Positions 47,586-58,000 of a stretch of 64,000 bases of DNA are shown here, piece by piece; positions within the stretch are counted from its first letter, which is position 1; every line of letters begins with the position of its first letter. The notes under the pieces are model-generated. The model was not told the origin of the DNA. It ran no database searches and worked only from the letters and a program-made list of their open reading frames with translations. The position numbers and the translations under genes are program-made. The DNA comes from Myxococcales bacterium (GTDB taxonomy: Bacteria > Myxococcota_A > UBA9042 > JABWCM01 > BTVJ01), in contig BTVJ01000004.1 of NCBI GenBank assembly GCA_045863395.1, forward strand, positions 152,132 to 216,131, in the 5' to 3' direction.

Positions 47586-49411
47586 CGCGACGCCGGCGGT
47601 CGGCCGCGGCCCTGCTGTGGTCCTGCGTCGCCACCCTGCTGGCGCTCCCCGGCAGCGCCACCGCCCTGGTGCTCACCACCAACGGTCCCATCCACCAGGC
47701 AGGCTGGGGCCGCCCGGTCGTGCTCGTCGCCCGCGCGCCAGCGGGTGATCCCGTCGCGTGGAGCTGGCGCCAGGTCGGGGGCCCGGACGTGATCCTCAGC
47801 GGCGCCGACACCGACACCTTGCGCTTCGTGACCCGCCCGCTGCTCGACCTGGTGCCGGAGCCCCGGAGTGTAGGGGTGGTGGCCATCCCTGCGTCCGCCG
47901 CGGAGCCCTACGTGTTCGAGGTGACGGCGACGCAAGGGGCCGAGACCGCCGTGGGGCTGGTCACGGTCCAGCCCGGGTATGCCTCGACGGGCACCCGCGG
48001 CGTCGCGGTGGACACGGACGTGATCCTCGCGGGGCCCAGCGATCAGACCGCCTGGCTCTGGACCGTGGAGGGGCGGGCGTGGGATGCGGAGGTGGCAGCG
48101 ACGCTCGAGGGGGCGGACACCCGCTTCCCCGTGGTGCGGCTGCTCCTCAAGGATGATCTCGTCGTGCGGGAGACCTTCTCGGGCACCGAGATCAAGCTCT
48201 ACGGGGGCACGTGGGACGGCTTCGAGCCCTGCGGGCGCTGCCATGAGCCGGAGCAGTCCGGTTGGCAGGGGAGCCGCCACGCGACGGTGCTCGACCGGGG
48301 CCTGCGTGGCCTCCTGCGCGGCGACTACCGGGAGGAGTGCCTGGGGTGCCACGCCCTCGGTTGGCAGCCCGGGGTGCACAACGGCGGCTTCGACGACGTG
48401 GCGCGGCGCATCGGCTGGCGCTTCCCGACCCGGCTCGGCGAGGAGGCCGCGCAGCTCCCCCCAGAGCTGGCGCGGCTGGGAGGCGTGGAGTGCCTGTCCT
48501 GTCACGGCCCCGGGCGCTTCACACCGGCCCGCTTCGACACCGGCATGTGCGCCGCCTGCCACGACAAGCCGCCGGCCTACGACCACGTGCGCCAGTGGAG
48601 CGAGACGCGCATGTCGCGCCTCGGCTCGCTGAGCGACGACCACCCCGCCCTCCGGCGGCCCTGCACCCGGTGTCACTCGACGCAAGGGTTCGTGCGCTGG
48701 GCGAAAGGGGCTCGCGAGCCAGACCCGCCCCTCCCCCACGAAGCGGAGGCGGTCGCGTGCGCCGCCTGCCACGACCCCCATGACGGGCGTCGCAGGCACC
48801 AGGTACGTCTCGTGGACCGTGTGAGGATCGGCGCTCAGGAGCTGACGGAGGCCGGCACCGGCGCGGTGTGCATGGCCTGCCATACCCTGGACGAGGCAGC
48901 GAGGCGCCCCTTGGAGGTGGCCCCGGTCGGGGGGCAGGCGGAGGTGCTGCTCGGGATCACGCCCCTGCTGCCAGGCGAGCACAAGGGCCCGCACGGAGGC
49001 TTGCGCGACACCTGCGTCGCCTGCCACCGCCCCCATACGTTCAGGACCGGCGACTGCAGCGCTCCGGCCTGCGCCGGGTGCCATGAGGCGGCGTGCGGGT
49101 CCCTGGTCAGAGGGCAGACCGACGCGGACCTCACCGAGCTGACGCTCCGCCTGGAGGGTGCGCTCTCCAAGCTCCAAGGCGGGTGCGGTCCAGTCCGCGG
49201 CCTCGTCGACGACGACCACCGCCTCGCGCTGGCCGGCAAGGACGAGCGCCCCGTCCCGGATTGCAGCCCCGCCTCCCTCCCCCCGAGCGCCGCCCACCTG
49301 CTGCGGGCCGGCGTCCTCCTCGAGACCGTGCGCCTCGACGGGAGCCACGGCGCCCACAACCCGACCTGGACCCGAGCAGCCCTGGAGGCGGCCCGGACCA
49401 TGCTGCGGTAG
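47543..49411 (+). CDS. Multiheme cytochrome c (9 CxxCH) with N-terminal PKD/Ig-like domain; start uncertain
   Basis: CGRCH, CLGCH, CLSCH, CAACH, CTRCH, CAACH, CMACH, CVACH, CAGCH; C-terminal DGSHGAHNP; WSWRQVGGP. Confidence 0.88.
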   Translation: MGQPGRLRHEPLPVARRRRSAAALLWSCVATLLALPGSATALVLTTNGPIHQAGWGRPVVLVARAPAGDPVAWSWRQVGGPDVILSGADTDTLRFVTRPLLDLVPEPRSVGVVAIPASAAEPYVFEVTATQGAETAVGLVTVQPGYASTGTRGVAVDTDVILAGPSDQTAWLWTVEGRAWDAEVAATLEGADTRFPVVRLLLKDDLVVRETFSGTEIKLYGGTWDGFEPCGRCHEPEQSGWQGSRHATVLDRGLRGLLRGDYREECLGCHALGWQPGVHNGGFDDVARRIGWRFPTRLGEEAAQLPPELARLGGVECLSCHGPGRFTPARFDTGMCAACHDKPPAYDHVRQWSETRMSRLGSLSDDHPALRRPCTRCHSTQGFVRWAKGAREPDPPLPHEAEAVACAACHDPHDGRRRHQVRLVDRVRIGAQELTEAGTGAVCMACHTLDEAARRPLEVAPVGGQAEVLLGITPLLPGEHKGPHGGLRDTCVACHRPHTFRTGDCSAPACAGCHEAACGSLVRGQTDADLTELTLRLEGALSKLQGGCGPVRGLVDDDHRLALAGKDERPVPDCSPASLPPSAAHLLRAGVLLETVRLDGSHGAHNPTWTRAALEAARTMLR

Positions 49412-49556
49412 CGGCGGCATGGGCGACCGCGGACCGTGCGCGGCCCGTCGGAGGCGCCCGGTGGGGACACGCGACTTGCGACGGACCACTGCGTCGGTGC
49501 AGGATTGCCCCGGGCCAGCCGCTGCGTGAGGGCCCACCAAACGGAGGAGACGGGAG

Positions 49557-51458
49557 ATGAGACGGACCCTGACATGGGCGGGGCTCGCGGCGGCGCTGAG
49601 CCTGTGGGCGTGCCAGTCGAGCAGCGGGGGCGGGATCCTCGTAGTGGACGACAACACCGACCTGCCCGGTGTTGGGGCGCCGGACGGCGCGACCGCCGCC
49701 GATGGCGCAGCCGGGGGGACCGATGGGATCGTCTCGGACGCTGCCTCGTCGGACGGTGGCGTGGACGCGGGCGGGGACGCAGGTGGGGACGCGGGCGGGA
49801 ACGACGGCGAGCCGGGTGACGCGGCTGGCGGCGTCGACGCCGGGGAGCCCGACGCCGGGAACCCGGACGGCACGCAGGACGCGAGCGGCACGGACGGGGG
49901 CGGCGATACGCATGACGCCGCGTCCGGCCCGTGCAGCCCCGAGTCCTGCGACGATGGCGACCCATGCACCGTCGATTCCTGCGTCGGCGACACCTGCACC
50001 CACACCCCCGCGGGGGAGTGCTGCGACGACGGGGACTGCCCTGGCGGGGCCGTGTGCAATGCCGGCGCCTGCCTCCCCGCCTGCGAGGCCGCCGTGGCGG
50101 CGGGGCTGCACACCGGGTGCCGCTTCTTCGCCGTCGATCTGGACCAGTGGGACGAGGCCGCGGTCGTCGCTCCGACACCGGGGGTCCCCAACCCACCCGA
50201 CGCGCCGTGGGGCGTCGCGGTCAGCAACCCGGGCGCTGCCCCAGCCCACCTGACGTTCACCGCCGCCGACGCGGCTCTCCAAGGCAAGCTCGACGCCCTC
50301 GGCGCGACGGTGGTGCCCGCTGGATCCTCGAAGACCTGGGAGCTGCCGAGCCTCGACCTGGCGGAGCCGGGGATCAAGCCATCTGCCATCCGCATCGACA
50401 GCGACCTGCCGGTGACGATCATCCAGCACAACCCCTTGGACTTCGCCAAGGTCGCGACCACGGACTCGTCCCTGCTCCTGCCTGCCCACCTGCTCGGCAC
50501 GGAGCACTATGCGGCGTCCTGGGTGACCACGCCCACGGTGAGCTTCGGCACGGTCATCCACGGCCAGAGGGCGACCCTGACCGTCGTCGCCACCGCGCCG
50601 GGGACGACCGAGGTCACGGTGAAGCCCACCGTCGCCATGGACGCGGGGAAGGCGGCCCCACTTGAGCCCGGCAAGGTGGCGACCTTCCTGCTGAAGGAGC
50701 TCGAGGTGCTGGAGCTGCAAGCCGTCCCGCCCCCCATGGGCAGCTTGACGCCCGGGGGCGATCCGACCGGGACGCGCATCGCGAGCGACAAGCCCGTCGC
50801 CGTGTTCGCGGGCCACGAGGAGGCCGCCATCGCTCCCCCGAACGCCAGCGACACCTGCTGCGCAGACCACCTGGAGGAGCAGCTCCTGCCGACGAGCCTC
50901 TGGGGACCAAGCGTCATCGCCGCCAAGACACACCCACGCGCCAACGAGCCCGACCTCTGGCGGGTCGTCGCGGGGACGGGCGGCGCCACGGTGTCGACCA
51001 CCCCGCACATCCCTGGGTTGGACGGTGTCACCCTTGCGGCCGGCGGGTACGCAGAGGCCTTCACGACGGGGACCTTCGCCGTGAGCGCCACGGGGCCGGT
51101 GCAGGTGGTGCAGTACACCGTGGGAGGCCAGGTCGTCTGGCCGCAGCATGGCGATCCGTCCATGATCGTGGCCATCCCCACCCATGCCTTCGGGCTGCAC
51201 ACGGCCTTCAGCGCCCCGGCGTCATACACCGAGGTGTGGCTCTCCGTCGTGCGCCCGCCCGGCGCCACCGTCCTCCTCGACGACGTACCCATCGCGGGTG
51301 GCGTGGCTGCGACCGCTGGCGGGCACGAGCTCGTCTACGTGAGCGTGTCACCGGGTCACCACCGCCTCACGGGCGACCAGCCGTTCGGCGCCTACCTCGT
51401 CGCCTGGCACGAGACCTCCTCCATCGGGCACCCCCTCGTGCTGATGACGGGTCCGTAA
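49557..51458 (+). CDS. IgGFc-binding-protein N-terminal-domain lipoprotein
   Basis: Lipobox LWAC; GCRFFAVDLD; DSSLLLP; GTRIASDKPVAVFAGH; DHLEEQLLP; GDPSM. Confidence 0.88.
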   Translation: MRRTLTWAGLAAALSLWACQSSSGGGILVVDDNTDLPGVGAPDGATAADGAAGGTDGIVSDAASSDGGVDAGGDAGGDAGGNDGEPGDAAGGVDAGEPDAGNPDGTQDASGTDGGGDTHDAASGPCSPESCDDGDPCTVDSCVGDTCTHTPAGECCDDGDCPGGAVCNAGACLPACEAAVAAGLHTGCRFFAVDLDQWDEAAVVAPTPGVPNPPDAPWGVAVSNPGAAPAHLTFTAADAALQGKLDALGATVVPAGSSKTWELPSLDLAEPGIKPSAIRIDSDLPVTIIQHNPLDFAKVATTDSSLLLPAHLLGTEHYAASWVTTPTVSFGTVIHGQRATLTVVATAPGTTEVTVKPTVAMDAGKAAPLEPGKVATFLLKELEVLELQAVPPPMGSLTPGGDPTGTRIASDKPVAVFAGHEEAAIAPPNASDTCCADHLEEQLLPTSLWGPSVIAAKTHPRANEPDLWRVVAGTGGATVSTTPHIPGLDGVTLAAGGYAEAFTTGTFAVSATGPVQVVQYTVGGQVVWPQHGDPSMIVAIPTHAFGLHTAFSAPASYTEVWLSVVRPPGATVLLDDVPIAGGVAATAGGHELVYVSVSPGHHRLTGDQPFGAYLVAWHETSSIGHPLVLMTGP

Positions 51459-51589
51459 GCGCGCGTGGTGGCGCGGGCAAGCACGAGAGTCTGTCTTGGT
51501 CCAACTCGTCCGCGACGTGCGTTGCAGACGGCCCCTCCCTGCGGTGGTAAGCTCGGCGCTCCTCCGGAGCAAGTGAAAGGAACGCCTCC

Positions 51590-52207
51590 ATGAGCTGGTA
51601 CGACGTGTTCTCGTTCACCTACGACGCGCAGCTCGAGGAGCTGTACCGGCCGCACCGGGCGCGCGCCGTCACCGCCCTCGGCCTCTTCGAGGGAGCCGTG
51701 GGGCTCGACCTCGCGTGCGGCACGGGCCAGAGCTTCGACGCCCTACGAGAGGGCGTGGGGGCGATCGGTCGCGTCATCGGCCTCGACGCCTCGAGCGGCA
51801 TGCTGCGGCGTGCCAGACGCCGAATCGCCCGCGCCGGGTGGGACAACGTGAGGGTGGTCCACGCTCGGGCCGACGAGGTCTCGGCAGAGCTGCTGGGCGC
51901 GCAAGACGGCCTCGACTTCGTGCTCTGCTGCCTCGGCGCGACCGCCTTCCCCGACTGGCCCCGCGTCTTCGCGCAGACCTTCGAGCTGCTGCGGCCGGGC
52001 GGCCGCTATGTGGTCTTCGATGTCCACGCAAAGGAGCGGCTGTTCCAGACGCGCATGGTGGAGCTGCTCGCGCGCGCCGACTTGTCGCGACGTGCCTGGG
52101 AGCCCCTCGAGGCGAGCAGCGCCGACTTCGAGGTCGAGGACCTGGATGGTGACCCGAAGACCTTCGGCGGTACGCTCTTCGTGGCGAGCGGCGCCCGATC
52201 ACGCTGA
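51590..52207 (+). CDS. Class I SAM-dependent methyltransferase
   Basis: LDLACGTG; GLDASSGML; LRPGGRYVVFD. Confidence 0.9.
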   Translation: MSWYDVFSFTYDAQLEELYRPHRARAVTALGLFEGAVGLDLACGTGQSFDALREGVGAIGRVIGLDASSGMLRRARRRIARAGWDNVRVVHARADEVSAELLGAQDGLDFVLCCLGATAFPDWPRVFAQTFELLRPGGRYVVFDVHAKERLFQTRMVELLARADLSRRAWEPLEASSADFEVEDLDGDPKTFGGTLFVASGARSR

Positions 52208-52424
52208 CCGGTCGGCCCCCCCCGACGTGTGCCGACGACCCTGCGGCTCCCCGAGGGCGCGGCGGGATCCATCGGCGTGCTCGCGTGCGTACCCCAGGAG
52301 GCGCAGGGCGCCCGGGGCGCACCCATCGCCGGCGAGCCCTCGTGGTCCGCACGCGACGCGCCCGTAGCGGTGGCCCGCCCGAACGTGCTACACGCTGGCG
52401 AGGCCGCCGCCGGAGCCCGCACCC

Positions 52425-53636
52425 ATGACCGTGGTCGCGACGACCATCTTCTTGCTCACCTACGCGCTCATCGCGTCGCGGCGCCTGTCGCTCCTGCCCA
52501 TCGGGAGGCCCGCCGGGGCGCTGCTCGGGGCCTTCGCCATGGTCGCCGCCGGCGTGCTGACCCCCGAGGAGAGCTACGCCGCCATCGACGGCGACACCAT
52601 CCTGCTCCTGTTCTCCATGATGGTGGTCGCCGCGTACCTGGAGCGGGCCGGCCTGTTCGACCGCCTCGCCTCTGCCGTGCTGGCCCGCGCGCGCACACCG
52701 TGGCGGCTCCTCGTTGCCGTCTCGCTCGTCTCGGGGGTGGGGTCGGCGTTCCTCGTGAACGACACGGTGTGCCTGTTCCTGACCCCCATCGTGGTGACGA
52801 CCTGTGTTCGAGCCGGCCTCCCGCTCGGGCCCTACCTGCTCGCCGTCGCCACCTCCGCCAACATCGGCAGCGCCGCGACGCTGGTGGGCAACCCCCAGAA
52901 CATGATCATCGGGAGCCTCTCCGACGTGAGCTTCTCGCGCTTCTCCGCCCTGTGCGCCCCGGCCGCCCTGGTCGGCCTGGCGATCAACCTGGCGCTGCTG
53001 GCTGCATTCTTCCGGCGGGAGCTGCCCCCGACACTCGCCAGCGCCCCTCGCACCGCGCCCGCCCGCCCCGGCCTCGCCTGGATCGTGCTCGCGGGGATCA
53101 TCGTCGCCTTCTTCGCGGGCGCGCACCTGGGCTACGCGGCGCTGGCGGGCGCCCTGGCGTTCGTGGTCGCCGAGCGCCACGACCCACGCGAGACCTTCGC
53201 CCGCGTGGACTGGCCGCTCCTGATCTTCTTCGCCGCCCTGTTCGTAGTGGTGAGGGGCCTCGCGTCCACCGGCATGGTGGAGGCGCTCTGGGAGGACCTG
53301 TCGCCGCTGCTGGACCTCGCCTCCCCTGGCGGCCTCGCGTCCTTCACCGCCCTGATGACCGCCGGCAGCAACGTGTTCTCGAACGTGCCCATGGTGCTGC
53401 TGACCGGCCCCCGCCTGGAGGCGCTCGGCTACGGCGAGCTCGGCTGGGCGCTCCTCGGCTTCGTCACCACCGTCGCTGGCAACCTGACACTCCTCGGATC
53501 CGTGGCCAACATCATCGTGGCCGAGGGCGCGCGGGAGCACTACACGCTGGGCTTCATGGAGTATCTGCGCTTCGGGCTCGTGTCGACGCTGCTCGTGCTG
53601 GCGGCGGGGGTGCCCCTCATCGCGTGGCTCGCCTGA
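52425..53636 (+). CDS. ArsB/NhaD (IT superfamily) anion permease, Lsi2-like
   Basis: IGRPAGALLGA; SAFLVND; SANIGSAATLVGNPQN; FSNVP; AGNLTLLGSVANIIV. Confidence 0.9.
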   Translation: MTVVATTIFLLTYALIASRRLSLLPIGRPAGALLGAFAMVAAGVLTPEESYAAIDGDTILLLFSMMVVAAYLERAGLFDRLASAVLARARTPWRLLVAVSLVSGVGSAFLVNDTVCLFLTPIVVTTCVRAGLPLGPYLLAVATSANIGSAATLVGNPQNMIIGSLSDVSFSRFSALCAPAALVGLAINLALLAAFFRRELPPTLASAPRTAPARPGLAWIVLAGIIVAFFAGAHLGYAALAGALAFVVAERHDPRETFARVDWPLLIFFAALFVVVRGLASTGMVEALWEDLSPLLDLASPGGLASFTALMTAGSNVFSNVPMVLLTGPRLEALGYGELGWALLGFVTTVAGNLTLLGSVANIIVAEGAREHYTLGFMEYLRFGLVSTLLVLAAGVPLIAWLA

Positions 53637-53648
53637 CCCCCCGGATGC

Positions 53649-54983
53649 TCAGCCCGGCATCCCGTCCGCGTAGTAGTCCAGCCCCAGGTGGGTGATCAGG
53701 TCCTCGCCGGCCATCCACCGGAGCGTGTTCTTGAGCTTGGTGAGCTGGATGAAGAGGTCGTGCTCCGGGTAGAGGCCCGGCGCCGTGATGGGGCTCTTGA
53801 AGAAGACGCTGAGCCACTCCTGGATGCCGGCGAGGCCCGCACGCTTGGCCAGATCCGCGAACAGAGCCAGATCGAGCACGAGCGGCGCCGCCAAAATGGA
53901 GTCCCGGCAGAGGAAGTTGACCTTGATCTGCATGGGGTAGCCGAGCCACCCGAAGATGTCGATGTTGTCCCACCCCTCCTTGGCGTCGCCGCGGGGCGGG
54001 TAATAGTTGATCGTCACCTTGTGGTAGATCTCGCTGTAGAGGTCCGGGTACTGGTCCGGCTGGAGGATGGTGGACAGCACGCTGGTCTTGCTGACCTCCT
54101 TGGACTTGAAGCTGCCCGGGTCGTCCAGCACCTCGCCGTCCCGGTTCCCCAGGATGTTGGTGGAGTACCAGCCCCGCAGCCCCAACATGCGGGCCTTGAG
54201 CATCGGCCCGAGCACCGTCTTGATCAGCGTCTGGCCCGTCTTGAAGTCGCTGCCGCCGATGGGGCAGCGGTTCTTCAACGCCAGCTCCGTCAGCGCGGGC
54301 ACCTCGGCGCCGCGGTTGGGCGCGCCGTTGATGAAGGGCAAGCCCTCCTTGAGCGCCGCCCACGCGTAGAGCTGGGTCGGGTTGATCGCCTTGTCGTCGT
54401 CGTCGAGCCCCTTCTCGAAGGCGGCGAGCGACTCGTGCACCGCCGTCGGCGTCGTATACACCTCCGTGGAGCCGCACCAGAGCACGACGGCCCGCGAGGC
54501 GCCCAGCTCGGCCATCATCTCCCGGATGTCCTGCCGTACGGCCTCGGCCTGCTCCCGCCGGGTGCCCGCCTTGAAGTGGGTCGCGTGCAGGTTCTTGACG
54601 TAGGCCGGGTCGAAGGCGCCCGCCCGGGGCCGGATCGTCTGCAGGAAGGGGCGCGCCGCCTCCAGGTCCTCGTTGTTCAGCACGCCGGCGTTCTTCGCGG
54701 ACTCGTAGGCGTTCACGTCGAACAGGTCCCAGCCGCCGAACACCAGATCGCCGAGCCCCGCCAGCGGCACCAGCTCGCCGACGGGCACCGAGCGCCCCTC
54801 CGTCCGCTTGCCGAGGCGCACCGTCCCGAGCTGGGTGAGCGACCCGATGGGCCGCGAGCGCCCCTGCCGCACCAGCTCGACGCCCGCCATGAACGTGGTC
54901 GACACGGCCCCCATGCCCGGGGTCAGCACCGCCAGCTTCCCATCCGCCGGGGCGATCTGCACCGGCTTGCCTTGCTTCACCAT
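53649..54983 (-). CDS. ino1: myo-Inositol-1(3)-phosphate synthase
   Basis: GMGAVSTT; GSDFKTGQT; NILGNRDG; KSKEVSK; RDSILAAP; FFKSP. Confidence 0.95.
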   Translation of the reverse strand: MVKQGKPVQIAPADGKLAVLTPGMGAVSTTFMAGVELVRQGRSRPIGSLTQLGTVRLGKRTEGRSVPVGELVPLAGLGDLVFGGWDLFDVNAYESAKNAGVLNNEDLEAARPFLQTIRPRAGAFDPAYVKNLHATHFKAGTRREQAEAVRQDIREMMAELGASRAVVLWCGSTEVYTTPTAVHESLAAFEKGLDDDDKAINPTQLYAWAALKEGLPFINGAPNRGAEVPALTELALKNRCPIGGSDFKTGQTLIKTVLGPMLKARMLGLRGWYSTNILGNRDGEVLDDPGSFKSKEVSKTSVLSTILQPDQYPDLYSEIYHKVTINYYPPRGDAKEGWDNIDIFGWLGYPMQIKVNFLCRDSILAAPLVLDLALFADLAKRAGLAGIQEWLSVFFKSPITAPGLYPEHDLFIQLTKLKNTLRWMAGEDLITHLGLDYYADGMPG

Positions 54984-55014
54984 GTCGTCCTCCAAGCCTG
55001 GGCGCCCCGCCCAA

Positions 55015-55029
55015 GCAAATCACGTGCCA
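55015..55029 (-). promoter_or_regulatory. Sigma54 promoter of ino1
   Basis: Minus strand TGGCACGTGATTTGC matches TGGCACG-N4-TTGC exactly, 32 nt upstream of the ATG. Confidence 0.85.
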
Positions 55030-55043
55030 CAGAATCTCGCAGC

Positions 55044-58000
55044 TCAGGCCGCCTGCACGACCTTCCGGAACCGCTCGCTGAGGACCACCAGCGCCGACAG
55101 GCGGAACCCGTCGCGCGCCGCGTCGGCCAGGTCCGTCGCCAGGCTCGCCAGCGCGCTGCCGGGCACCTCCACCGCGGCGGCAGCGGATGAAGGGTGCTCC
55201 AGGTGGTTGACGGTCTTCCGCGCCAGCTCCACGTGCCACATCTGGAACATGCGCCGCATGCGCCGCATGGCGAGCGCCTCCCAGCGGTCGTCGGTGACGT
55301 GCAGGTCCAGGCGCCGCGACAGATCGATGAGCTTGAGCGCGTCGCCCAGCGCGAAGAACACCTCCGCGGCCTGGGCGGGCGCCACGTCGGTCGCCTCGGC
55401 TACGGACAGGATCGGCAGGGCGAAACCGCCGAGGAACGCGCGCTTGAGGCGCTCGACCAGGGGCGCCGGCAGCCCGGCCTTGGCGAGGCGCTCGGTCCCC
55501 TCCTTGAGCGTCGCCCGCTCCCCCTCGCTCAGACAGGCGGGCGTGCAGCTCTGCAGCGCGTCCACGCCGAGGCGCAGGGCGGCGACCCGGTCGGTGTGCA
55601 CCTCGAAGAGGGCGTCGGGGGACAGCTCGTGCAGCAGCCAGAGCGTCGCGTCGCGCAGCGCGTCCTCCAGCAGGGTCAGCGCCTCGTACTGCGCCTCGGC
55701 GGGCACCGCCCAGTCGAGGCGCAGGATCTCGTCCTTGATCTCCCAGGCCCCGAGGATGTCGTTGGCGAGCACGTAGGCCCGGGCGATGTCGGGGATCGGC
55801 CGGTCCGTCTCATTCATGCAGACCGTGTAGAGGCTCGTGCCCCCGAAGTCCACGGTCAGGTTGGTCTGGACGGTGCACACGATCTCGTGGGCCAGCATGT
55901 GCTCCAGGATGTCCTTGCCGAAGCGCCGCCACACGGTCTTCGGGAAGTAGCGCTCCAGGAAGAGCGCCGCAGACTCCTGGTCCCGCCGCGGGGCGTTGAG
56001 CAGCTCCCGGTACACCCACATCTTGATGAAGGCGCCCGCCGTGGCCAGCTCCGGCCGCGTCATGCCCTGCCCCGCCGCGGCCCGGGCCCGCAGCGTCTTG
56101 ATGATCGGCAGATTCTCGTTGCGCGGCGTGCAGATGCCCGCGTGCTTCAGGCGGTGCAGCGCGCGGCCGAACATGAACAGGTCTCGCTTGCTGCGCCGCT
56201 CGTCCAGAGAGAGCCGGAGCGACTGGTGATAGTTGTCGCGGATCACGTCCTCGGCGCACTGGCCCGCCACCTCCACGAGCAGGGCGTCCCGCTCCTCGAG
56301 AGACATCCGGCCTGCGCGCACCATGGGCGTGAGCAGCACCTTCAGGTTGACCTCGTGGTCGGAGAGGTTCACCCCGCCCGCGTTGTCGACCGCGTCCGTG
56401 TTCAGGCGCACGCCCAGCAGGCCCGCCTCGATGCGCCCCTTCTGGGTGAAGCCCAGGTTGCCGCCCTCGCCGATGATGCGCGCCCGCAGCTCCGTCGCGT
56501 CGATGCGCACCCGGTCGTTGGCCTTGTCGTGGGCGTCCCGGTGGTCCTCCGTCGACGCCTTCACGTAGGTGCCGATGCCGCCGTTCCAGAGCAGGTCGAC
56601 CTTCATCTTCAAGATGGCGTTGACCACCTCGTCGGCTGACAGGGTGGACCGCCCGACGTCCAGCATCGCCTGCGCCTCGGGTGACAGCTCGATGGCCTTG
56701 GCGGTGCGGTCGTAGATGCCGCCGCCGTGGCTGAGCAGCGCCGCGTCGTAGTCGCTCCAGCGGGAGCGCGGCAGCTCGAACAGGCGCTTGCGCTCGGCCC
56801 AGCTCGCCGCCGGGTCCGGGCTCGGGTCGATGAAGACGTGGGCGTGGTTGAACGCCGCGAGCAGCTTGACGCTCTTCGACAGGATCAGCCCGTTTCCGAA
56901 CACGTCGCCGCTCATGTCGCCGATGCCGGCGACGGTGATGACGTCCCGCTCCGGGTGGAGCCCCAGCTCCCGGAAGTGCCGCTTGACGCACTCCCAGGCA
57001 CCGAGCGCCGTGATCGCCATCTTCTTGTGGTCGTAGCCCGCCGAGCCTCCGCTCGCAAACGCGTCGCCCAGCCAGAACCCGTACTCGTCGACGGCCAGCC
57101 CGTTGGCCGTGTCCGAGAGGTGGGCCGTGCCCTTGTCCGCCGCCACCACCAGGTAGGGGTCGTCGTCGTCGTAGCGGACCACCCGCGGGGGCGGCACCAC
57201 TCCGCCGTTCACCCGGTTGTCCGTCACGTCCAGCAGCCCCCGAATCAGCCACTTGTACATGGAATCGGCGGCCTGGCGCCGCTCCTCGATGGTCGCCGCC
57301 TGCGCACGGACGATGAAGCCGCCCTTGGCGCCGACCGGGACGATCAGCGTGTTCTTCACCTGCTGGGTCATCATCAGGCCCAGAATCTCGGCGCGGTAGT
57401 CGTCCAGGCGATCGCTCCAGCGCAGCCCGCCGCGGGCTACCTTGCCGCCGCGCAGGTGGATGCCCTCCATGTCCGCGTGGTGGACGTAGATCTCCCAGCG
57501 CGGCCGGGGGTCCGGCATCAGCTCAACCCGGGGGCAGTCCAGCTTCAGCGAGATGTAGTGCGCGAGGCGCCCGTCCCGGTAGAAGTTGGTGCGCAGCGTC
57601 GCCTCGATGAGGTTGAAGAAGCTCCGCAGGACCCGATCATCCACGTAGCTCTTGATGACGCGGAGCTGGTCGAACAGGTGCTCCTTGACCTCCGCGACCC
57701 GGGCGCCGCGAGCGACGTCGGGCAGATCCGGGTCGAAGCGGGCCCGGAACAGCTCCACCAGCGTCTGGAACACCTGCGGGTTGTCGATGAGCACCCCCTG
57801 CACCGTCTCGTGGGCATAGGGGGATGCCAGGAGCCGCGAGTAGTTGAGGTAGGCCCGGATCAGGTCCACCTCCTTCCAGCTCACGGCGGTCTGCACGAGC
57901 AGCCCATTGAGACGATCGCTCGCCATGCGGCGCTCGAACACCGCGTAGAGCCCGTCGATGAAGCGCTCGTAGTCCTTCCCGAGGTCGACGGCGACGCTGG

